DNA from: Gemmatimonadota bacterium
Lineage (GTDB): Bacteria; Gemmatimonadota; Gemmatimonadetes; Gemmatimonadales; GWC2-71-9
Length of the DNA stretch: 64,000 nucleotides
Reading direction: 5' to 3'
NCBI GenBank assembly: GCA_041482275.1
Contig: JBGPDL010000001.1
Span: forward strand, 17,368-81,367
The notes beneath the pieces are model-generated. The model ran no database searches, was not told the origin of the DNA, and saw only the letters and a program-made list of their open reading frames with translations. Below are positions 7,282-18,806 of the stretch, piece by piece. The first letter of the stretch is position 1, and the number at the start of each line of letters is the position of its first letter. A program made the position numbers and the translations under genes.

Positions 7282-8708
7282 GACGCCAGCTTCTCTTCGA
7301 GCACCCGCTGCACCAGCTTGGGGTCCGCCTTGCCGCGGGACGCCTTCATGACCTGCCCGACGAAGAACGGCTGCAGCTTCGTTTCGCCGTTCTTGTACCG
7401 CGCGACCTCGGCCGGGTGAGCCGCGAGCACTTCGCTCACCCACCCCGCCAGCACGCCCGTGTCCGCGACCTGCACGAGCCCGAGCGCCTCGGCCACGTTG
7501 CGCGGCTCGCCGCCACGCTCCGCGACCTCGGCGAACACGCGCTTCGCGGCCTGGTGGCTCAACGTCCCACCCCGCACGAGCCCAATCAGATTCGCGAGCG
7601 CCCCCGCCGGCACGCGCAGGGCGGCGGCGTGATCCTTTGCGTCCGCGAGCACCTCGGTCATCACCCAGTTCGCCGCCGCCTTGGCGTCGGCCCCCGCGTG
7701 CACCACCGCCTCGTAATACTCGGCCACGTTGCGATCGGCCGTGAGCACGGCGGCGTCGGTCACGCCGAGCGCGTACCGGGTCGCGAAACGCTCCCGCTTC
7801 TTCGCCGGTAGCTCGGGCAGGAGCGTCTGCTGCTCCACGATGAACTCTTCGGTGAGGACGAGCGGCGGCAGGTCGGGATCCGGGAAGTAGCGGTAGTCGT
7901 GGCTTTCCTCCTTGCTACGCTGCGGCCGCACGCCGTTCGTCTTCGAGTCGTACAGCATCGTCTGCTGCACGACCGTCCCCCCGCCCTCGAGCAGCACGAT
8001 CTGCCGGTCCCGCTCCACCGTGAGCGCCTTCTCGACGTAGGCGAACGAGTTGATGTTCTTCACCTCGGTCTTGGTGCCGAGTGCGGCCTCTCCGACGCGC
8101 CGCACTGAGACATTCGCGTCCACCCGCAGGCTCCCCTTCTCCATGTCGCAGTCGGAGATCCCGGCGTACTCAAGCACCTGCTTGAGCGTCTGCAGGTACG
8201 CGCGGGCCTCCTGCGGCGAGCGGAAGTCGGGCCCGGTCACGATCTCGATCAGCGGCACGCCGCAGCGATTCAGGTCGATGGCCGTCTGCTTGGGGAAGCG
8301 GTCGTGGAGCGACTTCCCCGCGTCCTCCTCGACATGCAAGCGCTGGATCGTGGTGGTAGCGATGCCCCGGTCCGGTGACAGGTAGGAGAGAGCGCCCTCG
8401 GTCGCGAGCGGCTGCTCGAACTGGGAGATCTGGTAGCCCTTCGGCAGATCGGGGTAGAAGTAGTTCTTGCGCGCGAAGACGCTGCGGGGATGCACCGTGC
8501 AGCCGAGCGCGAGCGCCGCGCGCACCGCGAGCTTCAGCGCCTGCGCGTTGGGCGCGGGCAGCGCGCCCGGGAGGCCGAGGCACACCGGGCAGACGTTGGT
8601 GTTGGGCGGATCGCCGAACGCCGCCGAGCAGCCACAGAACATCTTCGACGCGGTCTGCAGCTGGACGTGCGTCTCGAGCCCGATGACCGTCTCCCAGGCC
8701 CCCGCCAT
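7278..8708 (-). CDS. gatB: Asp/Glu-tRNA(Asn/Gln) amidotransferase subunit B
   Basis: Track ORF 7278..9602, trimmed to ATG 8708 (MAGAWETVIGLETHVQLQTASKMFCGCSAAFGDPPNTNVCPVCLGLPGALP...). It overlaps the gatA stop by 1 nt. 476 aa. Confidence 0.95.
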   Translation of the reverse strand: MAGAWETVIGLETHVQLQTASKMFCGCSAAFGDPPNTNVCPVCLGLPGALPAPNAQALKLAVRAALALGCTVHPRSVFARKNYFYPDLPKGYQISQFEQPLATEGALSYLSPDRGIATTTIQRLHVEEDAGKSLHDRFPKQTAIDLNRCGVPLIEIVTGPDFRSPQEARAYLQTLKQVLEYAGISDCDMEKGSLRVDANVSVRRVGEAALGTKTEVKNINSFAYVEKALTVERDRQIVLLEGGGTVVQQTMLYDSKTNGVRPQRSKEESHDYRYFPDPDLPPLVLTEEFIVEQQTLLPELPAKKRERFATRYALGVTDAAVLTADRNVAEYYEAVVHAGADAKAAANWVMTEVLADAKDHAAALRVPAGALANLIGLVRGGTLSHQAAKRVFAEVAERGGEPRNVAEALGLVQVADTGVLAGWVSEVLAAHPAEVARYKNGETKLQPFFVGQVMKASRGKADPKLVQRVLEEKLAS

Positions 8709-10096
8709 CACGCTTCCTCGGCGGCCGGGACGACCCGCTCGAGCGCGTAGGCCGCCTCGAGCATCTCGTCCTCGAGAAACGCCTGACCGATGAACTGCCC
8801 GCCGATGGGCAGGCCCTTGATCCGCCCGAGGGGGAGCGAGATCGCGGGCAGTCCCGCGAGATTCGCCGTCACCGTGAAGATGTCCGATAGATACATCGCG
8901 ACCGGGTCGTTGAGCTTCTCTCCGGCCTTGAAGGCCGGGCTGGGCGTGGTCGGGGTGAACAACAGGTCCACGCCCCGATCGAAGGCGTTGCGGAAGTCCT
9001 GGGCGATCAGCGCGCGCATCTGCTGGGCTTTCCGATAGTACGCATCGTAATAGCCGGACGACAGCACGTACGTTCCGACCAGCACGCGCCGCCGCACCTC
9101 GGCGCCGAAGCCCTCCCCCCGGGTGGTGCGGTACAATGCCCGCACATCCGCGGATCCGTCGAAGCGCGGACCATAACGCGCGCCGTCGTACCGCGCCAGG
9201 TTGGATGACGCCTCGGCGGGCGCGAGGATGTAGTAGGTCGCGACGGCGTACGAGGTGTGCGGCAGCGAGACGTCGCGCACTGCCGCGCCCTGCTCCCGGA
9301 ACAGCCGGATCGCGCGCTCGCAGGCGCGCCGCACGGCGGGGTCCAGGTCCGCCGGAAAATACTCCTTCGGGATCCCGATCACGAAGCCCTGGAGCGACTC
9401 GGGAACCGTGGGGAGCCGCAGCGAGTCGCGATCCTCGCAGGTCGAGTCCTTGGGATCCCGCCCGCTGATCACCGAGAGCACCCGCGCCGCGTCGTGCACG
9501 CTCCGGCCCAGGACGCCGATCTGATCGAGCGAGGAGCCGAACGCCACGAGACCGTAACGGCTGACGCGCCCGTACGTGGGCTTGATCCCCACCACACCGC
9601 ACAGCGACGCCGGCTGCCGCACCGAGCCGCCGGTCTCGGATCCCAGGGCCGCCGGCACCGTGCCGGCGGCGACCAGCGCCGCCGAGCCTCCCGACGAGCC
9701 GCCGGGGACGCGAGTGCGGTCGAAGGGATGGAGCGAGCGGCCGTACGCCGAGTGCTCCGTCGACGAGCCCATCCCGAATTCGTCGCAGTTGGTCTTGCCG
9801 GCGATCAAGGCGCCCGCCGCCTTGAGCTTCATCACAGCCGTCGCTTCGTACGGCGAGCGGTACCCTTCCAGGATCTTCGAGCCGCAGCTGGTGGTGAAGT
9901 CCAGGGTGCAGATGTTGTCCTTCACCGCCACGGGCATCCCGTACAGGACGCCCGAGGGATAGGCGGACTGCGCCTGCGCGAGCAGCGACTTGCGGAGGTC
10001 TTTGGGCGGCGTGAGGCAGGCGTTCAGCCGCTTCGCTTTGACGATGCGGTCGGCCGCCGCCTTGGCGCTCGCGAGCGCTTCGCTCGGCTCGCTCAC
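8708..10096 (-). CDS. gatA: Glu-tRNA(Gln) amidotransferase subunit A
   Basis: 462 aa. Amidase signature: GMPVAVKDNICT...GGSSGGSAALVAAG...GSETGGSVRQPAS. Confidence 0.95.
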   Translation of the reverse strand: MSEPSEALASAKAAADRIVKAKRLNACLTPPKDLRKSLLAQAQSAYPSGVLYGMPVAVKDNICTLDFTTSCGSKILEGYRSPYEATAVMKLKAAGALIAGKTNCDEFGMGSSTEHSAYGRSLHPFDRTRVPGGSSGGSAALVAAGTVPAALGSETGGSVRQPASLCGVVGIKPTYGRVSRYGLVAFGSSLDQIGVLGRSVHDAARVLSVISGRDPKDSTCEDRDSLRLPTVPESLQGFVIGIPKEYFPADLDPAVRRACERAIRLFREQGAAVRDVSLPHTSYAVATYYILAPAEASSNLARYDGARYGPRFDGSADVRALYRTTRGEGFGAEVRRRVLVGTYVLSSGYYDAYYRKAQQMRALIAQDFRNAFDRGVDLLFTPTTPSPAFKAGEKLNDPVAMYLSDIFTVTANLAGLPAISLPLGRIKGLPIGGQFIGQAFLEDEMLEAAYALERVVPAAEEA

Positions 10097-10400
10097 GATT
10101 CGGCCTCGCCCTCCTCGAACGCCCCGAGCTTCGGCACCAGGAAAAATCCGTCCTTGAAGACGGGGGCGAGCTGCGCCGGTCCGAATGCGAGCGGCGCCGG
10201 CTTCACCTCGTCGGGGCGGAACCGCACCGCGTCGGGGCCCGGCACGAACGGCCTCACGCCCTCGCTCGCCGGCACGGCGTTGATTTGCGCCACGTACTCG
10301 AGGATGCGCGACATCTGCTCCGCCAGGAGGGGCAGCGCCTCGTCGCTCACGTCGAGCTCCGCGAGCCGCGCGATCTTCCGGACGTCGTCATGGGTGACGC

Positions 10401-10404
<4 letters not shown>
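10093..10404 (-). CDS. gatC: Asp/Glu-tRNA amidotransferase subunit C
   Basis: Trimmed to ATG 10404 (MSVTHDDVRKIARLAELDVSDEALPLLAEQMSRILEYV...). ATGA overlap with the uvrD stop. Lies upstream of gatA. Confidence 0.9.
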
Positions 10405-12652
<2,248 letters not shown>

Positions 12653-12656
<4 letters not shown>

Positions 12657-13834
12657 GACACGCTCACGAGTGGAAACTCCAGCACGAACTCGGCCCCCTC
12701 CGTCCCCACGCCGCTCGGAGCCGGCCGGTACGTGAGCCGGCCGCCGTGCTGCTGCTCGACGATGCGGCGCGCCAACGCCAGTCCGATCCCCCAGCCCCCC
12801 GGCTTGGTCGAGACGCCGGGTTCGAACAGCTGGGGCCGGACGTCGAGGGGCACGCCCGGCCCGTCGTCGCGGACGCTCACGCGCGCGGCACGCGATATCG
12901 CCTCCACCGTCACGTCGATGCGCCCGCCGCGACCGGAGAGCGCATCGATCGCATTCTTGATCACGGCCTCGAGGGCCCATTCGAGCAGCACCGGATCGCC
13001 CTGCGCGGTGGGGCCCGGGCCCGTGGCGCGGAGCACCAGCGTCACCGGGCTCGCGAGCGTCGGGAGCCGCGGGCGGAAGTAGCTCACCACGCGCTCGGCC
13101 AGCGCCCCCAGCCCCACCGGCTCCCGCCGCGCCGGCCGGCCGATCCGCTCGAACCGCTTGGCCACCCGCTCCAGGCGCTCCGCATCAGCCTGAAGATGGT
13201 CGGCCAGCTCCGTCCCCGTGGTACCCGGATTCTCCCGCAGGTAGGCAATCCATCCCGTGAGGCTCATGAGCGGGGTCCCGAGCTGATGCGCCGACTCCCG
13301 CGCCATGGCCACCCACAGGCGGTCGCGCGCCGCGGCGACCTGCGAGCGATAGGCCCATCCGGCGAGGAGCGCCAGGCACAGGAGCACCGCGCCTTCGAGC
13401 GCGGCGATCCCGGCAAAGCGCCGCGCCGCGGGGCCGGCGCCGTAGTGGATTGTCCCCACGCCCGGCTGCACCAGCGGGGCGTTCTGGACGTCCAGCTGTG
13501 CGATCCAGGCACGCAGCCGCGCCGTGTCGGTGCCCACGGTGGGCGGCGCGTTGTCGAGCGCCGTGATGTGCCCCGCCGTGTCCGTCACCACGATGGCGAC
13601 CCTGAGCGAGCGGACCTGGCGGGCAAGGTCGAGCAGCGCGTCGGTGGCGGCGTCGGGACCGGGATCGTTCAGCCCCGCGAACACGCGGCCGAGCAGCATG
13701 CTGGTCTGGCGCGCGTCGTCGCGCAGGTGGCGCGCCACCACCCAGGCGTAGCCAACCGTAATCCCGCCGAGCAGCAGCGCCAGGCCCACCACGGCGGGAG
13801 GACCCGCGCGGCGGAGCGCGGCGTTACGCGGCAC
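12653..13834 (-). CDS. Sensor histidine kinase (two TM segments, periplasmic loop, HisKA + HATPase_c)
   Basis: 393 aa. H-box MARESAHQLGTPLMSL; N/G boxes VIKNAIDAL, RDDGPGV, GGWGIGLALARRIV. No adjacent response regulator. Confidence 0.85.
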
Positions 13835-15116
13835 CGGAGGGAGGCGGGGCGAGGCGCTCCATCCCGAGATAGGGGACGAGCGCCCGCGGGACGGTCACGG
13901 AGCCGTCGGCCTGCTGGTGCGTCTCGAGCAGCGCCGCGATGGTGCGCGGTAGCGCGACGCCCGAAGCGTTGAGAGTGTGGACGAACTCCGGTTTGGCGCC
14001 CGGACCGGCGCGGAATCGCACGTTGGCCCGCCGTGCCTGAAAGTCGGTGAAGGTGCTCGAGCTCGACACCTCGAGCCACTGCCCCACCCCCGGCGCCCAG
14101 ACCTCGAGATCATACGTCTTGGCGCTCGCGAAGCCCACATCCCCCGCGGCCAACAACACCACCCGATAGGGGAGCTCGAGCCTCCGCAGCACTTCCTCGG
14201 CGTGCCCCGTCAGCGCCTCGTGCTGGGCGGGCGAATCGGCGGGGCGGCAGAAGCGCACCAGCTCGACCTTGTCGAACTGGTGGACGCGCAGCAGGCCGCG
14301 GGTGTCCTTCCCCGCCGCTCCGGCCTCGCGCCGAAAGCACGGCGTGTAGGCCACGTAGGCGCGCGGCAGGGTGGCCCCGTCCGTGATTTCGTCGCGCAGC
14401 AGATTGGTGACGGGCACCTCCGCCGTGGGAATCAAAAAGAGGTCGTCGGGCTCGGTGCGATATGCATCCTCCTCGAACTTGGGCAGCTGCCCGGTACCCT
14501 CCATGATCTCCCGCCGCACCACGAGCGGCGGCTCGATCTCCAGGTAGCCGTGCTCGCGACTGTGGAGATCGACCATGAAGTTGATGAGCGCCCGCGCGAG
14601 CCGCGCCCCCGCCCCCACGAACACCGGAAAGCCGGAGCCTGCGAGCTTGGCGCCCCGCGCGAAATCGACGATCCCGAGACGCTCGGCCAACTCCCAGTGC
14701 GGCCGGCCGCCGGCTGCCGCGGGCTCGCCCCACTGCCGCACGATCCGGTTGTGCGAGCCGTCCCCGTCGGGGAGCTCCGCCAGCGGCAGGTTCGGCACGA
14801 ACAGCGCCTTGCGCTCGAGCTGGGTCTCGATGCCCGCGAGCTCCGCCTCGAGGGCGTCGATCCGCTGGCCGAGCACGCGCCGCGACTCCCGCACGTCCGC
14901 GGGGAGCTCCCCCCGGTCCTTCATCAGACGGGCGTCGGCCTTGGCGACTTCATTGCGCTCCGCCTTGAGCTGGTCGAGCTGACCGGTGAGCGCGCGGCGC
15001 CGCATGTCCAGGGCCTCGAGTTCGTCGAGCAGCCGCGTGATCGTCGGGTCACCTCGCCGGGCGAGCGCCGAGCGCACCTGCTGAGGCGAGGCGCGCAACA
15101 GTTTGAGATCGATCAC
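13824..15116 (-). CDS. serS: Seryl-tRNA synthetase
   Basis: Track ORF 13824..15362, trimmed to GTG 15116 (VIDLKLLRASPQQVRSALARRGD...). Coiled-coil arm followed by a class II core (FRREAGAAGKDTRGLLRVHQFDKVE). 430 aa. Confidence 0.95.
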   Translation of the reverse strand: MIDLKLLRASPQQVRSALARRGDPTITRLLDELEALDMRRRALTGQLDQLKAERNEVAKADARLMKDRGELPADVRESRRVLGQRIDALEAELAGIETQLERKALFVPNLPLAELPDGDGSHNRIVRQWGEPAAAGGRPHWELAERLGIVDFARGAKLAGSGFPVFVGAGARLARALINFMVDLHSREHGYLEIEPPLVVRREIMEGTGQLPKFEEDAYRTEPDDLFLIPTAEVPVTNLLRDEITDGATLPRAYVAYTPCFRREAGAAGKDTRGLLRVHQFDKVELVRFCRPADSPAQHEALTGHAEEVLRRLELPYRVVLLAAGDVGFASAKTYDLEVWAPGVGQWLEVSSSSTFTDFQARRANVRFRAGPGAKPEFVHTLNASGVALPRTIAALLETHQQADGSVTVPRALVPYLGMERLAPPPSGAA

Positions 15117-15120
15117 GGAG

Positions 15121-15690
15121 CTACTGCTTCGGAAGACCGGGCGCGAGGCCGCGGTAGCCGCAGTTCTGGTCGACCAGAATCTCGAAGTCCAGCCGCCGCG
15201 CGGTCGAGTCCACAGCCAGCACGCGCAGCTTGGCGTAGAGCGACACAGTGGGACCGAACACGCAGGTCGTGGGCCGGGAGCGCACCAGCACGATGGTCCC
15301 CCTATCCAGCGCGAGCGGCTTGTCGAACACGTAGGGCCCGGTCGGCGCGAGCGTGATCGCATCGAACAGCGTGGTGACTCGTTGCAACCCCGACGCGGTG
15401 CCTAGGTGGAGCGGTTCCGTCGGGAACAGGGCGGGCTCGCCGATCGAATCGAAATCGAACGCGAAGTCGAACAGGGTCGTCTGATCGGTGCGCACGGCCA
15501 ACGCGCCCTCCAGCGTGTACGCGGACGGCAGGGCGATGTCGGTGCCGCGCAGGGCGTACAGGGATACGGTGTCGACCACATTCGTGATGCTGGCGGCCGG
15601 CAGCCCCGTGGTATTGCCACACGCGAGGGCCAGGGATGCAACCGCGATAGCGGCGGCGGCGAGCACGACAGACGAGCGACGGGAAGGCAT
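15121..15690 (-). CDS. Lipoprotein of unknown function
   Basis: Track ORF 15121..16203, trimmed to ATG 15690 (MPSRRSSVVLAAAAIAVASLALAC|GNTT: signal peptide plus lipobox). The upstream part of the ORF is antisense to the Roadblock gene and is composition junk. Confidence 0.55.
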   Translation of the reverse strand: MPSRRSSVVLAAAAIAVASLALACGNTTGLPAASITNVVDTVSLYALRGTDIALPSAYTLEGALAVRTDQTTLFDFAFDFDSIGEPALFPTEPLHLGTASGLQRVTTLFDAITLAPTGPYVFDKPLALDRGTIVLVRSRPTTCVFGPTVSLYAKLRVLAVDSTARRLDFEILVDQNCGYRGLAPGLPKQ

Positions 15691-15701
15691 GCGGTGCCGG
15701 G

Positions 15702-15731
15702 AAGATACCGCGCGGCGTCCAAGTGGGTCAA
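15702..15731 (-). promoter_or_regulatory. Sigma-70-type promoter heading the lipoprotein-serS-kinase-uvrD-gatCAB array
   Basis: Minus strand reads TTGACC (15731-15726), an 18-nt spacer, TATCTT (15707-15702), 11 nt, then ATG (15690). Confidence 0.5.
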
Positions 15732-15745
15732 CCCACGATGGCTGC

Positions 15746-15774
15746 TTGACTTCACTAGTTCCCATTCCTAGCTT
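15746..15774 (+). promoter_or_regulatory. Sigma-70-type promoter of the Roadblock/receiver operon
   Basis: Plus strand reads TTGACT (15746-15751), a 17-nt spacer, TAGCTT (15769-15774), 9 nt, then ATG (15784). Confidence 0.5.
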
Positions 15775-15783
15775 GGCCGCCGT

Positions 15784-16137
15784 ATGGCAACGATCCGTGA
15801 AGTGGTCGAGGCGTTGAGCCGCCGCAGCGGCGTGGATGCCGTTCTGGTCGTCGGCCGCGACGGCTTGCCCATCGACTCGCGCACCGCCGACGGCGTCGAC
15901 GGCGACAGCGTGGCCGCGCTCCTGCCCTCCGTGATCGGCGGCATGACGCAGTTGGGCCAGGCGGCGGGACGGGGAGACTTCGGGACCGGCGTCCTCGAGT
16001 TCGGCTCCGGCCTCGCGGTGGTTTCCGTGCTCAGCGCCGATGCGCTGCTCGTGGTGCTGGTCGCTCCGTCCACCAACGTGGGCGGCCTGCTCTACGACCT
16101 GCGCCGACACCGCTCGGCGATCGCCGGCCTGCTGTAA
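15784..16137 (+). CDS. Roadblock/LC7 (MglB-like) domain protein
   Basis: 117 aa. MATIREVVEALSRRSGVDAVLVVGRDGLPIDS...LEFGSGLAVVSVLSADALLVVLVAPSTNVGGLLYDLRR is a typical Roadblock/LC7 pattern. Confidence 0.8.
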   Translation: MATIREVVEALSRRSGVDAVLVVGRDGLPIDSRTADGVDGDSVAALLPSVIGGMTQLGQAAGRGDFGTGVLEFGSGLAVVSVLSADALLVVLVAPSTNVGGLLYDLRRHRSAIAGLL

Positions 16138-16153
16138 CCGGGAGCCGCCCCTC

Positions 16154-16561
16154 TTGGCGCCCGCGCGGCGGCACCTTCTCGTGGTCGACGACGAGCCGCA
16201 CATCGGATTGCTGTTGCGCCCGCACCTCGAGCGCCTCGGCTACGCGGTGAGCCTGGCGCGCACCCTCGCGGAAGCGCGCGGCGTTCTGGACGATTCCGCG
16301 GCTCCGCTCGACGCCATGCTGCTGGACCTGCATCTGCCCGACGGCTCCGGCCTCGACCTGCTGCGCGACCTCCGCGCCCGGCCGGCGACGCGCGCGTTTC
16401 CCGTCATCGTCCTCACGGCGGAGGGCGAGGAGCGCATCCTCAGCGAAGCCGAAGAGCTCGGGGCCGGGCTGTTGACCAAGCCATTCAGCCCCACGAAGCT
16501 CACCGCGCGCATCGCCGCCCTGCTGGGCGACGCCCCCACCGTTTCGCCGGACGCGCGGTGA
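16154..16561 (+). CDS. Stand-alone response-regulator receiver (CheY-like)
   Basis: Track ORF 16040..16561, trimmed to TTG 16154 (GGAG at 16141-16144). LLVVDDEPHIG...MLLDLHLPDGSG...VIVLTAEG...LTKPF carries the DD/D/T/K receiver residues. No output domain. Confidence 0.8.
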   Translation: MAPARRHLLVVDDEPHIGLLLRPHLERLGYAVSLARTLAEARGVLDDSAAPLDAMLLDLHLPDGSGLDLLRDLRARPATRAFPVIVLTAEGEERILSEAEELGAGLLTKPFSPTKLTARIAALLGDAPTVSPDAR

Positions 16562-17568
16562 GCGTCTGGGCCGCGATCCTCGCGGGCGGGTCGGGGACCC
16601 GCTTCTGGCCGCTCTCGACGCCCGAGCGGCCCAAGCAGTTGCTGCCGCTCGCCGGAGATCGTCCCCTCCTCGTGCAGGCCGTGGAACGGCTCGACGGTCT
16701 CGTCCCGCCCGAACGCATTCTCATTCTCACCGGCCCGTTCCTCGTGGACCAGGTGGCACGGGTCGTGCCGCAGATCCCGCGGGCGCAGGTGTTCGCGGAG
16801 CCGCGAGCCGCCTCCACCGCGCCGGCGCTCGCGTGGGCGGCGCAGTGGATCTCGCAGCGCGATCCCGGAGCGCAGATGCTGTCGCTGCACGCCGACTGGG
16901 CCGTGAGCGACGATCGCGCCTTCCGCGCGGCCGCCCGGCAGGCGCTCGGCGTGGCGACGGAGTACGACATGCTGGTCACCGTGGGGGTCACGCCGTCGCG
17001 CAACGAGACCAGCTACGGTTACATCGTGCCGGCGAAGCCGCTCGGCGGAGCGCGCGCGGTCCGGCGATTCGTCGAGAAGCCGTCAGCCGCGCGCGCCGCG
17101 CTGCTGCGCCGCCAGGGAGCGCTGTGGAATACGGGGCTGTTCGCCTGGGGCGTCGCGCGCTTCCTGGGCGAAGCGGGCGCCTACGCCCGCGAGTTGAAGC
17201 CCGGCTGGCCGGCGCTCGCCGCAGGCGATGTCGCCGGTTTTTTCGCGAGCGTGCGCCCGGTAGCGGTCGACGTGGCGGTGCTCGAACGCTCCAAGCGCCT
17301 CGCCGTGGTGACCGGAACCTTCCGCTGGGACGACATCGGGTCGTGGGACGCGCTGCTGCGCATCCGCACGCCGGACGCGCATGGCAACGTGGTCGTCGGC
17401 AACGCCACGGTGGCGGATGACGTGCGCCGCTCGGTCATCTGGTCCGAGAGCGAGCACATCGCGGTCGTGGGCCTCGAAGACATGGTCGTGGTGCGGGCGA
17501 ACGGTCACACGCTCGTGATGCCCACGGGTCGCGCTGAGCGCCTGAAGGAGCTCGTGCAGCGGCTGTGA
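16558..17568 (+). CDS. Mannose-1-phosphate guanylyltransferase-type NDP-sugar pyrophosphorylase
   Basis: 336 aa. VWAAILAGGSGTRFWPLSTPERPKQLLPL... is a nucleotidyltransferase signature. GTGA overlap with the receiver stop. Confidence 0.85.
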   Translation: MSVWAAILAGGSGTRFWPLSTPERPKQLLPLAGDRPLLVQAVERLDGLVPPERILILTGPFLVDQVARVVPQIPRAQVFAEPRAASTAPALAWAAQWISQRDPGAQMLSLHADWAVSDDRAFRAAARQALGVATEYDMLVTVGVTPSRNETSYGYIVPAKPLGGARAVRRFVEKPSAARAALLRRQGALWNTGLFAWGVARFLGEAGAYARELKPGWPALAAGDVAGFFASVRPVAVDVAVLERSKRLAVVTGTFRWDDIGSWDALLRIRTPDAHGNVVVGNATVADDVRRSVIWSESEHIAVVGLEDMVVVRANGHTLVMPTGRAERLKELVQRL

Positions 17569-18734
17569 CGCACGCTCTCTACCTCCTCGACCCGGAGCCC
17601 GCGCCAGCCTGGGCGCCGTTCGCCGGTGCGCGCCCCCTGTGTGAGCTGCGGGCCGGCGCGCACCTGATCCGCGAACGCTGGGAGACGTTCGTCGGCACGG
17701 AAGCCGCCGGGATCTTCGCGCTCCCGCATCTCGCGGGGTTCGCCGAGCCGGGAGTGCCGCCCGTCAGCGCGCGGCGCCCCGTGACGGGGCCGGCGGTGAT
17801 CGGCTCGGCCACGTTCGCGCCCCGCGGGCTGGCGCCGGCGCTGCCGCCCGGCGCGTTCCGCCTCACGAGCGCCGGCATCACCGTGGGCTGGGGCATCGGA
17901 CCGGGAGCCACGTGGGACGGCCCGCAGCCCCACGCGGCGGCCCTCGAGGTCCCGGGGATGGTGCTGCGCGGCGTGTACGATCTCGTGCCGGCGCTCGAGC
18001 GCCTCCTGCCCGACGATGTGCGCGCCCTGCTCGTCGACACCGACCCGCTGCCGGCGGGCAGTGTGGTGCTCGGCGATCCTCGGGCCATCGCCCTGCACGA
18101 CGCCGTCGTGGAACCCGGCGTCGTGTTCGATGTCCGCACTGGTCCGGTGGTCCTCGAGAGCGGCGCGGAGGTCCGCTCCGGGACGCGGCTCGAGGGGCCG
18201 CTCTGGATCGGCGCGAACGCGCGCGTGCTCGGCGGTCCGGTGCGCGCATCGGCGATCGGCCCGCGCGTGAACGCACGCGGCGAGTTGTCGACCTGCGTGT
18301 TCCTGGGGTACGCGAACAAGGCCCACGACGGGTTCGTGGGCCACTCGGTGATCGGCCGATGGGTGAACCTCGGCGCCGGGACCATCACGTCGAACCTGAA
18401 GAACACCTACGGCCGGGTACGGCTCGACGTCGCCGGGACGCCGCTCGAGACCGGGCTGCAGTTTCTCGGCAGCCTGATCGGCGATCACGCCAAGACAGCG
18501 ATCGGCACGCTGCTCTCCACCGGCACAGTGATCGGGACCGGTGCCAGCGTGTTCGACGGGGTTCGATCGCCCAAGTACGTTCCGCCGTTCGCCTGGGGCG
18601 GCGCCGGAGACGCGCGCATGAGCAGGGAGGGCTTTCTGACGATCGCCGAGCGGGTGCTCCCGCGGCGCGACGTGGCGGTGGACGCTGCCACGCGGGCCCT
18701 GCTCGGGCGCCTGTACGACTGGGCCGTGCGCTGA
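17565..18734 (+). CDS. Putative sugar nucleotidyltransferase/acyltransferase with a left-handed beta-helix C-terminus (GlmU-like)
   Basis: 389 aa. GTGA overlap with the upstream gene. Hexapeptide-repeat region: VGHSVIGRWVNLGAGTITSNLKNTYG...GSLIGDHAKTAIGTLLSTGTVIGTGASV. Confidence 0.6.
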   Translation: MTHALYLLDPEPAPAWAPFAGARPLCELRAGAHLIRERWETFVGTEAAGIFALPHLAGFAEPGVPPVSARRPVTGPAVIGSATFAPRGLAPALPPGAFRLTSAGITVGWGIGPGATWDGPQPHAAALEVPGMVLRGVYDLVPALERLLPDDVRALLVDTDPLPAGSVVLGDPRAIALHDAVVEPGVVFDVRTGPVVLESGAEVRSGTRLEGPLWIGANARVLGGPVRASAIGPRVNARGELSTCVFLGYANKAHDGFVGHSVIGRWVNLGAGTITSNLKNTYGRVRLDVAGTPLETGLQFLGSLIGDHAKTAIGTLLSTGTVIGTGASVFDGVRSPKYVPPFAWGGAGDARMSREGFLTIAERVLPRRDVAVDAATRALLGRLYDWAVR

Positions 18735-18806
18735 CCGCCGTGCTCCGCCCGTTGCTCCCCGAAAGCGGAGTGCGCACATTCCGACGCTCTGCGGGACACA
18801 CGCACC

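Noticed and set aside
15784-16137. MglA/MglB polarity module.
   Set aside because: Only the Roadblock (MglB-like) half is present. No Ras-like GTPase ORF is in the window, so the pair cannot be claimed.
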